Part shown: in pieces, positions 1 through 11,974 of the stretch
Layout of the letters: each line of letters opens with the position of its first letter
Position numbering within the stretch: position 1 is the first letter of the stretch
Assembly (NCBI GenBank): GCA_964016885.1
Contig: OZ024741.1
Location: 62,372,001-62,436,000, forward strand
From: Eledone cirrhosa
Lineage: Eukaryota
Reading direction: 5' to 3'
Length of the DNA stretch: 64,000 nt
The notes under the pieces: generated by a model
Database searches by the model: none
Seen by the model: only the letters and a program-made list of their open reading frames with translations
Told to the model about the DNA's origin: nothing
Made by a program: the position numbers and the translations under genes

Positions 1-254
1 CAGATGTACAGATACAAATCATACACACATGCACACATACAACTCAAAACATACACATCCACACATACAATAACATCCATATCTATACATGCATGCATGC
101 ATGCAGAGATGCATACATATCTACCTAGTTTATGTTGTGTAAATTCCAATGGGAGAGTATTGTGTCTATGTTAGAAACCGACTCTCTTTCTATTGATAAA
201 CATTTGTGAAATTATAAAACCAGAAAAACATACATACATCCATCCATCCATACA

Positions 255-2240
255 TACATGATGGTAGCCACCTCACGCTCGAGCATAGCCTTCGCTTGAA
301 TTTTCAATTACGCCTTTGCGTGTGTGTAGCAGAGATGTGACTTTTTAGGCCTGCAAGTGTCCTACATTTTCCAGCACAATCGTTACACGTATGACCTTTG
401 GCAACAGAAATAGGTTACTGATTGCCATATACTTTCATGTGCCGCTTCAAGCCTCATGCTGATTGATAGTCTTTACCATATTTATGGCAGATTGCTCTAC
501 CATACTCAACAACGTAATCTGCATCAGCTTTTTTTACATAGATCCTTTTGTGACTCTTTAATCCTGTGTTGCTGAGGCAGACTCTCCCACATTTATTGAA
601 TGTTAGCTCACCATAGTCTCCTAAACCTCCTGGCAGTTTTACTTTCAAGCTCTTCCTCACATCCCTTTTTAGCCTTTCATAATTTCTTCGGGCCGTTTGA
701 ATGTGCATTTCCCTTTCATTGAGAGTTTCCCACCACCGAGTTCGATTGGCAGCTTATTCCAAGTCTCTCACGGAAATATCAACTACCATCGTATATTCTC
801 TCATACAGTCCTCGAACCTCATCTTAGATTTATGAGTTGGACATTTGCCATCTCTCACTCCACCATAAATAGGTTTGTGTAACCTACAGTTCTCGAATCT
901 CACCACATGTCCCACCCATCAGATACGGTGTTGCACGATAATCGACTCGATACTCTGGCAGTGGCTTGTTTCAAGGGCCTCAACAACACCCAGACATCCT
1001 CAAATGTAGACCCATGATGTAAACTCAAGAATCAACGAAGTCACTGCTGGTGAAAGCGTTCATGCGGTTTTAGATTCTTCAGGTAAGTAACTCACGTCTC
1101 ACACGCATACAGTTGAGACGGCAATACACAACTCAAGTAGACATTAACTTTAGTATAAATAGAGATACCTCACCGAGAACATAGTCGCTTTTCCAACTTT
1201 CCGAATACGTCACTAGATTTTCTCATTCTTGGCGCTGTTATGTCTCCGTTTGACGCCATTGCTTTTAGTAAAAGGTTCTGACACACTTCCAGCAATGTTC
1301 TCCCTGGCTTTCACGTCACCAGGAATTGAGGTAGGATTGCCATGAATTTGTCTGGGTCACCAATCTTTCTAAGTATTTTCCAATGAGCTTCTCTAATAAC
1401 AGTGTCAATTGCTTTTGTTGAGTCAACGAAGACGTGAAATAAATCTACTTTTTTTCCATACACTTTTTCTAAAGCTGTCTGGTCGAAATCATCATGTCCA
1501 CTAGACTTCTCTCACATCTAAAACGAAATTGCGATTCCGAAAGAACATCGTCAGCAATGTGTAACATAGGTCTGTCAAACATAACCCTGCACAGAAACTT
1601 TCCAGCCACTGACATCAGCGCTATTCCTCTACAGTTGCCACAATCATCCATTCCATTCGTTTCCTCATGAAAGACATCCTTCCTGCTCTGTGGTATTATC
1701 TCATCTGCCAAAACTGTCTCTATCGAGAATGCAATACAACGCATTACGTTTTCATTTCCACACTTAAAGAAATCTGCAAACAAACTATCCATGCCAGGAG
1801 ACTTGCCATTATTAAGTTTCTGAACTTCAATTTCCTCTAATGAAGGAATTTCTGCCAGAGCATCTTTGAAGTGTTCGCATGGTATTGACTCAGAAAACTC
1901 CTCAACGATCTCTGAAGGCTGATTCAAAGGTTCGTCAAAATGCTGTTTTTACTTGCACAGTATTTCCTTTGTTGTCTGAGAAGAGATTTTCCATCTTTAG
2001 AGCGTAAAAGAGCAATAGGAGGATATAAAGGCTTGTAGCCCTCGTGAAGGAGATTATAACTCCATTTGGTGTTGTTGGTAACGGAGACAGACTGAATATC
2101 GTCAGCCTTGGTACTCCAACATGTCTCTTGTATGTTTCTCAACCGTTGCTGGACACAAGATTTCACATCTGTGAATGCGTCTTATGTTTTACTAGTGCAA
2201 GACTAGTTCTGGTATCTTCTCTAAAGGAATGACCAAAAAG
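255..2240 (-). mobile_element. Degenerate RTE/BovB-type LINE, 5'-truncated with RT core deleted
   Basis: ORF pieces give the BovB linker (VQQRLRNIQETCWSTKADDIQ), RT start (GKSPGMD, NCRGIALMSVAGKFLCRV, LSESQFRFR), thumb (TKVNVY..ERFHQQ) and C-terminal Zn finger (CGRVCLSNTGLKSHKR). The YADD region is missing; the element ends in a (TATG)n-like tail. Confidence 0.85.
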
Positions 2241-2927
2241 TTAGAATGAAACAGAACTATACATGTAACAGTCAGCCATTATTGGAATGAAATACGCTAC
2301 ACTCTCTACCTGATGTCTTGAATACCTTATATTAAGTGCGTTTCCGTTCCAATATTTATCGGATACATACAAACATACATACCATATCAGGACCACCAAC
2401 AACACAACTACTAAGACCATCATCAACACCACTGCCAATACTACAACCATATACAACACCTTCAAAAAATGTAAAGGACTATAGTAATAAATTATAAAAA
2501 ACAAATATCATGGACCTTCAGGTGTGTGAAGTATGATGTACGGTGTGGTGTAGGCGCTGTTGTTGGTGTTGTGTAGTTGTTGTTGTGGTGGTGATATGCG
2601 TTCAGATACGGCCCGTGTCTCTATAGATATAATCACGGAAAAAATTTAATATCGTGGGAAAAATCTTAATCTTAAAATTCATTCTACCTGTCGAACTATC
2701 TCTTCATCTATCTATCTATCTATCTATCTATATCTATCCCATTATGAGTGTGTGTGTACGCGCGCGCGTGCGTGTGCGTGCGTGGATGCGAAGATGGAGC
2801 CACGTGCCATTGTGGGTGCGAGATTTTATTTGTATGCGTATGTCTTTATGTCTGAGCACGTGTTTATCTGTGTTTATATGGTGACACGTGTGCATTGAGT
2901 AAATATATATGCATGCTTATATATATG

Positions 2928-2958
<31 letters not shown>

Positions 2959-2998
2959 AATGAAAAGTGTGTGTATATATGTGTGTATATATATATAC

Positions 2999-3076
<78 letters not shown>

Positions 3077-3082
3077 ATATAT

Positions 3083-3131
<49 letters not shown>

Positions 3132-3789
3132 AGTGTGTGTGTGCGACTGAGTATTGTGGCGTTTGTACGTATTTGATCGTATGTCTGTCGTATGCTGTGA
3201 ATATTTCAATGTCGTCAGTCACAAATAACAACAATTATATTTACATACTATACAAGACTTCCCACAGCCCCGAATATTTCGAACAATACCCTTCCACCAC
3301 AACCACTATCACTTTCTCCGCTACCCACCACTCCCATCACTGCGACCTAGTACTACTACACCCCGCTTCCCCCTCCACTATTACCCTCCGGCTGGCGTTT
3401 GCTTTGGTTAAATGAAGCTTGTTAGGATTCGAAGGATTATAGGAAGAGAAAGTAACTTTCCGTGGTATGGTTTGAAATGTTGGTGGTAGTTGTAGGGGCC
3501 ATTTATAAGACTTGTTGTTCCCCTTTTTGAGGGTCTTTTCTTAAAGTTGTTGTTTATAGTTGGGCAAGAGGGCAGTGGCGGATTGCATCGGACTCATCGG
3601 AAAACTTGCATATTATTTATGGTCGCAAAAAAGATGAAATGTAAAACCTTTAAATATTGAAATGTCCCTGGTTTTAACATGGTCACCTATCTCACCTTAA
3701 TCTGCGACTGGTTGAACGGAGATGATAATTTTGATGGGTTCTCTGTTTCTTGGAAATATATGTTTGTATATATGGGTGTTGTATATATG

Positions 3790-4262
3790 GAAGTTACAAA
3801 ACCTTTGAGGAATGTTGTCTGGAAAATAAACAACTGAAGCGTCAGCTCCGGAAGGGTTGTGCTTACAGTCTTGATGAAGTCATCAGTAGTTGACCATGCA
3901 ATTTCTGTCAGCGTGTTCAAAAGCTGGTTATGTTAATCACCTGATGTCACATGAAAAGATAACTACCTGCAATACCACTCAACAAAGACCTGGCGAAACA
4001 ACGTGCGTGATATGCAACAAAGTGTGTAGAACTAGTTCAGGATTTAAAATAAAACACATGGTGGTACATAAAGATTGTATCCCACAGGGTAACACCACCG
4101 TTCCTGAGGAAAGCACAACTCTCTTCTGTCACCTGTATCGTAAACCATGCAGATCTACAGCTGGCCTACAAAGTCATCTACAAAGTCATGAATGTAGATG
4201 GGATGATAACGAAGATTCAGTAAGAGATGGCAATAGTCTGTGAAGACGCTGCAATCCTCATA
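3790..4262 (+). mobile_element. RTE-type LINE 3' fragment with three tandem C2H2-like Zn fingers
   Basis: FEE..ENKQLKRQLRK followed by SKAGYVNHLMSH, CVICNKVCRTSSGFKIKHMVVH and CHLYRKPCRSTAGLQSHLQSH; short 3' UTR ending in (TG)n. Confidence 0.7.
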
Positions 4263-4304
4263 TGTGTGTGTGTGTATATGTCTGTATATATGGGTGTGTA
4301 TACA

Positions 4305-4520
4305 TGAGTTTGTGGTTTAGCGGTTGCGGTATATATTTGAACAAGGCACATTATTTAACGTTGCTCCAGACCACTCATCTGGGAAAAACTAGTTGCACCT
4401 GTAATTCAAGGGACCAGCTTTGTCGCACTCTGTCTCACTGAATCTCCCTAAGAACTAAGTTAGGTGTAGACGTGTCTGTGGAATGGTCAGTCAATTTTAA
4501 TTTAATTTCACGGGCACGTT
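4305..4520 (+). mobile_element. Degenerate tRNA-derived SINE (TTGAACAAGGCAC family)
   Basis: GGTTTAGCGGTT A-box-like start, TTTGAACAAGGCACATT motif, body similar to 59185-59470. Confidence 0.55.
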
Positions 4521-4537
4521 ATTCCGAAGGTCCAAAA

Positions 4538-4614
<77 letters not shown>

Positions 4615-4920
4615 CGCGCTTGTGTGCGTGCGTGTGTGCGTGTGTGGGCGTGTGTTTGATGGAGAATTGACTGAGTCGTGAAAGAGTCGGATATAATAAC
4701 TTGCTATATTTGCTCTGAATTCAAATCCTGCCGAAATCAACAATATCTACCTAAGCCTAGGAAATAGCGTACCACCCCAGGGTACAACATTGTTAGAGCA
4801 TTAAACTAAATATAATGAGATTTCTTTTCCCGTTACGTACTTTCCAAGTTCAAATTCCTCACCTCCTTGCTGCAGTGAGGTAATTGGGAAAAGCTAAAAA
4901 TATAAGGAAACACACACACA

Positions 4921-4981
<61 letters not shown>

Positions 4982-5197
4982 TCTCTCTCTATATATATAT
5001 ATATATGCTTAAAAATAAGAATAAGAAGAAAGCAAGAACGGGTGGAGAAGTTCTCCTAATCAGTTATCTGCTGGGGGTCTCATATATATAAATAAAAGGA
5101 TCGATCGACTTTCGTCAAATCGAACCGAGGAAACAATGTTTCCGTTGGTCTTTCCAGTTGCTAGTACTATCTATCGGTCGCAACTCCAGGTAGAAGG

Positions 5198-5272
5198 ATC
5201 AGCGTGAAATAAAATGTCTTGTTCAAGGACATAACGCATCACGCGGTCCAGGAATCGAACTCACAACCTCAA
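5198..5272 (-). mobile_element. SINE fragment (B box + GTCCTTGAACAAGACA motif)
   Basis: Reverse strand reads GAGTTCGATTCCTGGACCG..GTGTCCTTGAACAAGACA-like; matches copies at 29.2 and 61.9 kb. Confidence 0.65.
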
Positions 5273-5288
5273 GATATATATATATATT

Positions 5289-5580
5289 AAAATAACAGAT
5301 TAAAGTTTAAGCAAAGAATCGCTGCTTTCACCCTTAACGGGATCTTCTGAAACTAACAAAGTCAATCTGTAAACGCAGAACTGGATATTTCAAAAATCGT
5401 TTACAGATTGACTGACTTTGTTAGTTTCAGAAGATCCCGTTAAGGGTGAAAGCAGCGATTCTTTGCTTAAACTTTAATCTGTTATTTCAATAAATATTTG
5501 CTCTACGGTTCTTATATATTTGATATATATCTATCCTTATCGAGCCCTCTTTGGATTTTAGTCTTCGAATTTATTATTAT

Positions 5581-5583
<3 letters not shown>
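5289..5583 (+). mobile_element. Fold-back PLE-terminus mini-element, family A
   Basis: Inverted arms 5289-5374 / 5398-5487 plus ~95 nt tail, flanked by (TA)n; hammerhead in both arms; second copy at 53143-53385. Confidence 0.8.
5423..5473 (+). ncRNA. Type I hammerhead-like ribozyme, U4A core variant
   Basis: agttt-CAGAAGA-t ccc gttaa ggg t-GAAA-gca..tgc-UU-aaact; inverted copy at 5304-5354. Confidence 0.65.
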
Positions 5584-5623
<40 letters not shown>

Positions 5624-5797
5624 AAAAATGTTGGGTGCAGACAACAGAAAAACGGATGAAACACAACTTAGTCCCCGCTTATCAGTAAACGACTGAAAAT
5701 AAAAGAAGTAACCAAGATGAGAAAGTATGCACAGAAGGTGAAGTCAGAAAGAGAGGGCGGAAGATACCAGAGAATATTCAAACATTACACACACACA

Positions 5798-5936
<139 letters not shown>

Positions 5937-5964
5937 AAACACACACATGTATATATATGCATAT

Positions 5965-6012
<48 letters not shown>

Positions 6013-6015
<3 letters not shown>

Positions 6016-6370
6016 TTGTTATACTTTGGGAGGGTCATGTTGCCAATAAGAAACACACGCACCAGATGATTTCACTTCAATTTATTATATATTTATAAAT
6101 TTACAAATTTATAAATCTATAAATTTCTGGTTGGTTGGTTGGTTCCACAACCAGATAGTTGTTTATATATAGTCATAGTCCTTTCGTCACACACTCTGTG
6201 ACCTCTTCAGTGACTGGGGATTCCTTTCTTCGTCTCCGTGCCTCTCCTTTGTTCTGTCCTACGCCATTTTGTTTCTGTGTGTGCAACATGACCCTCCCAA
6301 AGTATAACAAAATCGGTTTCAACACACGATTTCAGATAAATAATCTTGCTAAACAAATTCAGAAACGAAA
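6013..6370 (+). mobile_element. Fold-back PLE-terminus mini-element, family C
   Basis: Terminal inverted 30-mer (ttgttatactttgggagggtcatgttgc) plus ~57 nt tail, in (TA)n; relatives at 41246-41530 and 63065-63630. Confidence 0.8.
6171..6215 (-). ncRNA. Type I hammerhead ribozyme
   Basis: agtca-CUGAAGA-g gtcaca..tgtgac-GAAA-ggac-UA-tgact; stems I and II pair. Confidence 0.85.
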
Positions 6371-6551
6371 TATATATATAAAGATTTACATATACATAAA
6401 GTCAGAGATATATATGTGGCAACCGGTCAAGCCTGGTCTAACTGATCTTTTATATGGTTAATTATGTCAATTGGGAGAGGAAATGGTATATATTTTATCT
6501 AATAATTCTAAGGACATGATTTATGATATATATATATATATACATATATAG

Positions 6552-7365
6552 CAAATTACAAAATATGAGTAAATAATAGACAAGAATATACCTACCTATT
6601 TTTTCTTCAAAGTCCCGACTGCAGTTTCGCCGATCCGTGTGCCACGATTTCTTCACTATAATAATGCTGTGAGTTGGATACGGCTTATCAAGAGACCCCC
6701 AGAAAAATGGACTGTTTCCTGACGCGTTCGTAGCAAGTGAGAACATCTCTAAAGGCGGAGGGAGAAATGAATATGTGATACAGTGGTAAAAAAAGGGACT
6801 GTTTCTTTCGTAGCGAGTGAGAAAATCTCGGGAGGCGGAGAGAGAAATTAACACATGATACAGTGGTCAGAGAAGGGTAGTAAGGTGGACAGTCAGCGAA
6901 TAATGTATTTGCTAGAAAAATGAAATAGACACCCAAATAATAAAAATGAAATAGACACCCAAATAATGAAATAGACACCCATATATTCATATGTATATGT
7001 GTATGTGTGGATTCCACCTTAACAAGTTTTGCTTGATGACCGAAAGAGCCAAAATAATCAAAATTATTCAATTAACTCGATAATCACAGCTATTTATCAA
7101 TTACAAAATATAAGGAAATAATCAACAAAAATATACCTGTTTTTTCTTGAAAGTCCCGACTGTAGTTTCGCCGATCCGTGTGAAACTACTTCTGCACTAT
7201 AGAAGTGCATCATTGCTGTGAGGTTGATACGGCTTATTAAGAGACCACTCAGAAAAAAAGGACTGTCTCCTGACGCGTTCGTAGCAAGGGAGAACATCTC
7301 TAGAGGCAGAGGGAGAAATTAACACGTGATACAGTGGTCACAGAAGGGTAGTAACGTGGACAGTG
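6552..7365 (-). repeat. Direct tandem duplication of a hammerhead-containing unit
   Basis: 6552-6895 is similar to 7097-7365, period ~540 bp. Confidence 0.8.
6612..6696 (-). ncRNA. Type I hammerhead, U3:A8 variant with long stem II insert
   Basis: gtctc-UUGAUAA-gccg(t)atcc..ggatcggc-GAAA-ctgcag-UC-gggac; palindromic stem III. Second copy 7153-7245 has G5A. Confidence 0.75.
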
Positions 7366-7402
7366 TATAACAAGCAGTTAGTAAACTACTGGGTTATATA
7401 TG

Positions 7403-7438
<36 letters not shown>

Positions 7439-8513
7439 GCGTATTAATTTTGATTTCTATTTGCATATAATTATATTATGCTATTGATGAAATACAGTAT
7501 CTGCTTTATGTATTGTATACCTAATTAACATATACTATTGAAATAAATATATAATTTTTAATTTAGTTAACATATAATTTATATTCTACTACCGATGTAA
7601 TACTTTATTTTATTTTTATTTGGGTTTTTTTTCCCTATTACTAAATTCATTTCCTAATATTGATACCATAACGTTATTAACTTTAATTTAGTTATACTGT
7701 AATTAATAATCTACTACTGTTTGACTTCAAAATTCTGCTTCAAATATTATAAACCTAACTAATTTACACCTTAGAAATCAATATGTTGACTATCTTTGGT
7801 TTAGTTAACATATGATTAATGGTATACTTATTTATTTTGAGATGCATAGATTTTGCCTTAGTTCTTGTTTGTCGCATTTCCTAGCACTGAAAATATGTAA
7901 GAACATACATTGGATAAAGATACGGAAAATATTATATGTTTCTTGAAACATATATTTACTTTGATCCCCTTCTCCAAACCCCCCCTTTCCCCCATACTAT
8001 TATCATCTGTATTTGTAAGCGTCTATGTATGAATATATATGTAGGTAGGTGTATATATAGGTTTGGGTATTTATATCTAAATATAAAAATACATATATGC
8101 GCATGCAAATATGAATGTAAGATTGCGTGTGTATATATGAGTGTGCATATGTATGTATATATATGTGTATATATGCATTATATATGTATGTGTATGTGAA
8201 TGTGTGTACGTATATGTGTATGTATGTGTATATATGTGTATATATGTGTATGCATGTATATATAGGAATATATATATGTATATATATATGTATATGTATA
8301 TGCGTGTGTATGTATGTGTGTGTATGTGTGTTGTATATATATGTATGTCTCTCTATTTATATGTTTATCTTCGTATCTATGTGATATATGTGTGTGTGTG
8401 TGCACGTATGCATATGTATGTGTTTATGTGTGTTTGTGTGTGTGTGTGTATATATGTGTATGTGCGCACACACACATATATATATGTGAGTGTGTATATG
8501 TGTCTGTGTATAT

Positions 8514-8580
<67 letters not shown>

Positions 8581-8629
8581 TGTCTATGTGTGAATATATG
8601 TCTTTATTCGTATGTGTGTATTTATGTAT

Positions 8630-8630
8630 G

Positions 8631-8662
<32 letters not shown>

Positions 8663-9312
8663 TAGACATATAGATACATACACACACAACTTACATACAC
8701 ACATATATATATATAGATGTATATTCATACATAGAATTAGATATATAATCACATACATATGCACTTACTTATACTCATATATATAAATACATACGCATCC
8801 ATATATGCGTATATACATAAAAAACACTACAACCTCACCTAACTCAGACATACAAATAAAAATAATAATAAAAAGGCATATGTATATACATACACACACG
8901 CATTAATAGATATATATATATACACACATACATACACATATATATATATATATATATACACATATATGTATGAGTGTATGTGTGTGTATATATATATGTA
9001 TACATATATGTGTATATATATATATATATATATGTGTATGTATGTGTGTATATATATATATCTCTATTAATGCGTGTGTGTATGTATATACATATGCCTT
9101 TTTATTATTATTTTTATTTGTATGTCTGAGTTAGGTGAGGTTGTAGTGTTTTTTATGTATATACGCATATATGGATGCGTATGTATTTATATATATGAGT
9201 ATAAGTAAGTGCATATGTATGTATGATTATATATCTAATTCTATGTATGAATATACATCTATATATATATATGTGTGTATGTAAGTTGTGTGTGTATGTA
9301 TCTATATGTCTA

Positions 9313-9348
<36 letters not shown>
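8630..9348. repeat. Long low-complexity inverted repeat (~310 bp arms)
   Basis: 8630-8945 is the reverse complement of ~9025-9348, including the non-repetitive segment cactacaacctcacctaactcagacatac. Confidence 0.85.
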
Positions 9349-9355
<7 letters not shown>

Positions 9356-10520
9356 CGATGTGCGTATATGTATGTACATGTATGTACATGTATGTGTGTA
9401 TGTATGTGTATGTATATTTAGATGTATGTGTATGTATATGTATATATATATGTATATATATATATATATGTGTGTGTATATATATATGGGTATATATCTT
9501 TATTATTTATTTTTTATATATATGTGTATGTGTGTATGTGTTGCGTGTGTGTGTGTGTGTGTATATATATATCTTTATATATGTGTATGTGTATGTTCGT
9601 GTAAGTGTATGTGCGTGTATGACTGTATATGTATGTGTGTATGTGTGTATGCGTAAATATTTCTATGTGCGCGTACATGTATGTATGTGTATATATCTGT
9701 ATGTGTATGTATATTATATTATATTTATTATATTTTATTGTTTTATTTTTTTATTTTTCTTAATTTATAGATACATTTATATTAGGCAGTCTGCTCAGAC
9801 AATTGAATACTGACCCCTCCCCCCCCTCCCACCTAATTTCTGTATCTTGATCTAGAAATGTGTGTGCCAGTGTTTTATGTGAGTGAATTAATATCCATGT
9901 GCTTATGATTTTATATCCACATATATAAATGTGAGTGGGGGTGTGTGTGTGTTTGTATGTTCGTGGTTATGTGTATATTTATGCATATACGCGCGTGTAT
10001 GTGTGATTGTACTGATATGTGTGAGTATGAAAAAATATATTTATATACTTGACTCCATAAGTATCAATGCGCATCTTATCTGCGCATTGTAAGCTTACAG
10101 AGATATTAACCTTGAAATTTTGTATTTGCATCCATCCTTTTAGTATGCGTATACAAATTATACATACATTTTTGTAAAATATGTGTAAGGGTTTTACATG
10201 TATATACACACACCGAACTGCATTTAACCCTTTGTGTTTTCATTGGTCAATTTTGAACTGAAATTTTGAATTGTTGTTATTATCAATAAATATACTTCAT
10301 TATTTCTGAAGACGGCGTATATATGTGTTTGGTATGTATATTTAATCTTGATAATTTGTATAATTTTGTATAATTTTGTACATAGATCTGTTGAATATGC
10401 ATACCAATTATAACACATATATACCCTAGAAACGATCGTTAAATAATGAACTTTTTTTGTTTAATATAAGGAATTGTTTATTCATTATTTGTTTAATATT
10501 TTATATATATATATATATAT

Positions 10521-10725
10521 ATTAGAAAGTGAGTTTTTTTTTACAAAATGAATAATAACCGAGGTGTCCTACACGAGTGAAAGTATAAAGAAAAAAAGAT
10601 GAAATTGAAAATACAGCTGGAGTCTTATTTAAAAAAAAACATATATATATTTATTTGGTTCCTTTACCGGTTTCGCAGTTCTTCTGCTTTTCAAAAGTAC
10701 AGTTGAGATGGAGGGTCTGTGGTTT
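10521..10725 (-). mobile_element. Solo 3' terminus of the PLE family at 30.3-34.5 kb
   Basis: Near identical to 30284-30410 and the reverse complement of 34405-34540; includes a hammerhead at 10662-10697; abuts (TA)n. Confidence 0.85.
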
Positions 10726-10848
10726 ATACATATTAATAGAACACTGGTGGGTTATATCCGTAATAGAGCACTCAGTCCATGGGACGAGTTTGATAGAAGT
10801 AGTTCCACAACACTCGGAAATGGTGAATTGATATATATATATATATAT

Positions 10849-11491
10849 AAACAATTAAGTTAAAAATGTACATCTACATATGCATACTGAAATACTAGTA
10901 TGCATATGAATACACACACGTATACATATGTAGATGTAACAAGTCTTTCACTGGTTACTTTACTGTGAGTAACCCAGCTATTCTGTATGTAAACACACAG
11001 ACAAACCGGTTTTTAGAGTCATACTGGTTTTCGAGGAAACACCTTTCCTCTATTCTCCAGAAAGCCAGACAAGGAATATTGAACTAGTTTCGTTGTTGTT
11101 ACAACTCATCAGCAATATTTACCTATCTACCGGCCTTTCTGGAGAATCGTAAAAGCACATATCGTTATATGCTTTTTCTATGAAAATTAGTAGTGGGCAG
11201 ACTAATTTGCATAGAGTGTGAGTACGCACCGGTTCAGCGGAGACGAAAACCAGTATGACTCTAAAAACCGGTTTGTCTGTGTGTTTACATACAGAATAGC
11301 TGGGTTACTCACAGTAAAGTAACCAGTGAAAGACTTGTTACATCTACATATGTATACGTGTGTGTATTCATATGCATACTAGTATTTCAGTATGCATATG
11401 TAGATGTACATTTTTAACTTAATTGTTTAAGCGTCAGTCATACAAAAGTGAGTTACAAACGAAACGAAATTTAATTTCGTTTCGTTATTTG

Positions 11492-11495
<4 letters not shown>
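10849..11495 (+). mobile_element. Fold-back PLE-terminus element, family B, 185 bp apparently perfect arms
   Basis: 10849-11033 / 11244-11428 inverted, structured spacer, ~66 nt tail ending in a hairpin, (TA)n on both sides. Confidence 0.85.
11075..11119 (-). ncRNA. Type I hammerhead ribozyme (canonical core)
   Basis: aatattg-CUGAUGA-gttgt aaca acaac-GAAA-ctag-UU-caatatt; stem I extended by 11052-11064/11135-11147. Confidence 0.9.
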
Positions 11496-11543
<48 letters not shown>

Positions 11544-11562
11544 CGTAGTTTTTCGAATATTA

Positions 11563-11677
11563 ATAATTGTTTCTATTTTAGGCACAAGGCCAGCAATTAC
11601 CCAGTGCATTACTGGTACTTTATTTTATCGACTCCGTAAGGATGAAAGGCAAAGTCAACCTTTCATCCTTACGGGGT
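11563..11677 (-). mobile_element. Nin/Deu-domain SINE fragment
   Basis: GACTTTGCCTTTCATCCTTACGGAGTCGATAAAATAAAGTACCAG on the minus strand. Confidence 0.8.
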
Positions 11678-11794
11678 AGATATTAATAACATTCGATTCG
11701 TTTGCAATTATGCAAACAAGCCTCATTTTTAAAGCCATGTCAGTAGAATGAACCCTTCATTCTTGCTCTTGTGTTGGCATGTAAACAGAACTGC

Positions 11795-11915
<121 letters not shown>

Positions 11916-11918
11916 GAG

Positions 11919-11974
<56 letters not shown>

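Noticed and set aside
7035-7055. TTGATGAccGAAA motif
   Set aside because: No stem II, stem III or cleavage triplet.
10224-10442. Second piggyBac MITE (TTAACCCTTTG start)
   Set aside because: The right TIR does not match.
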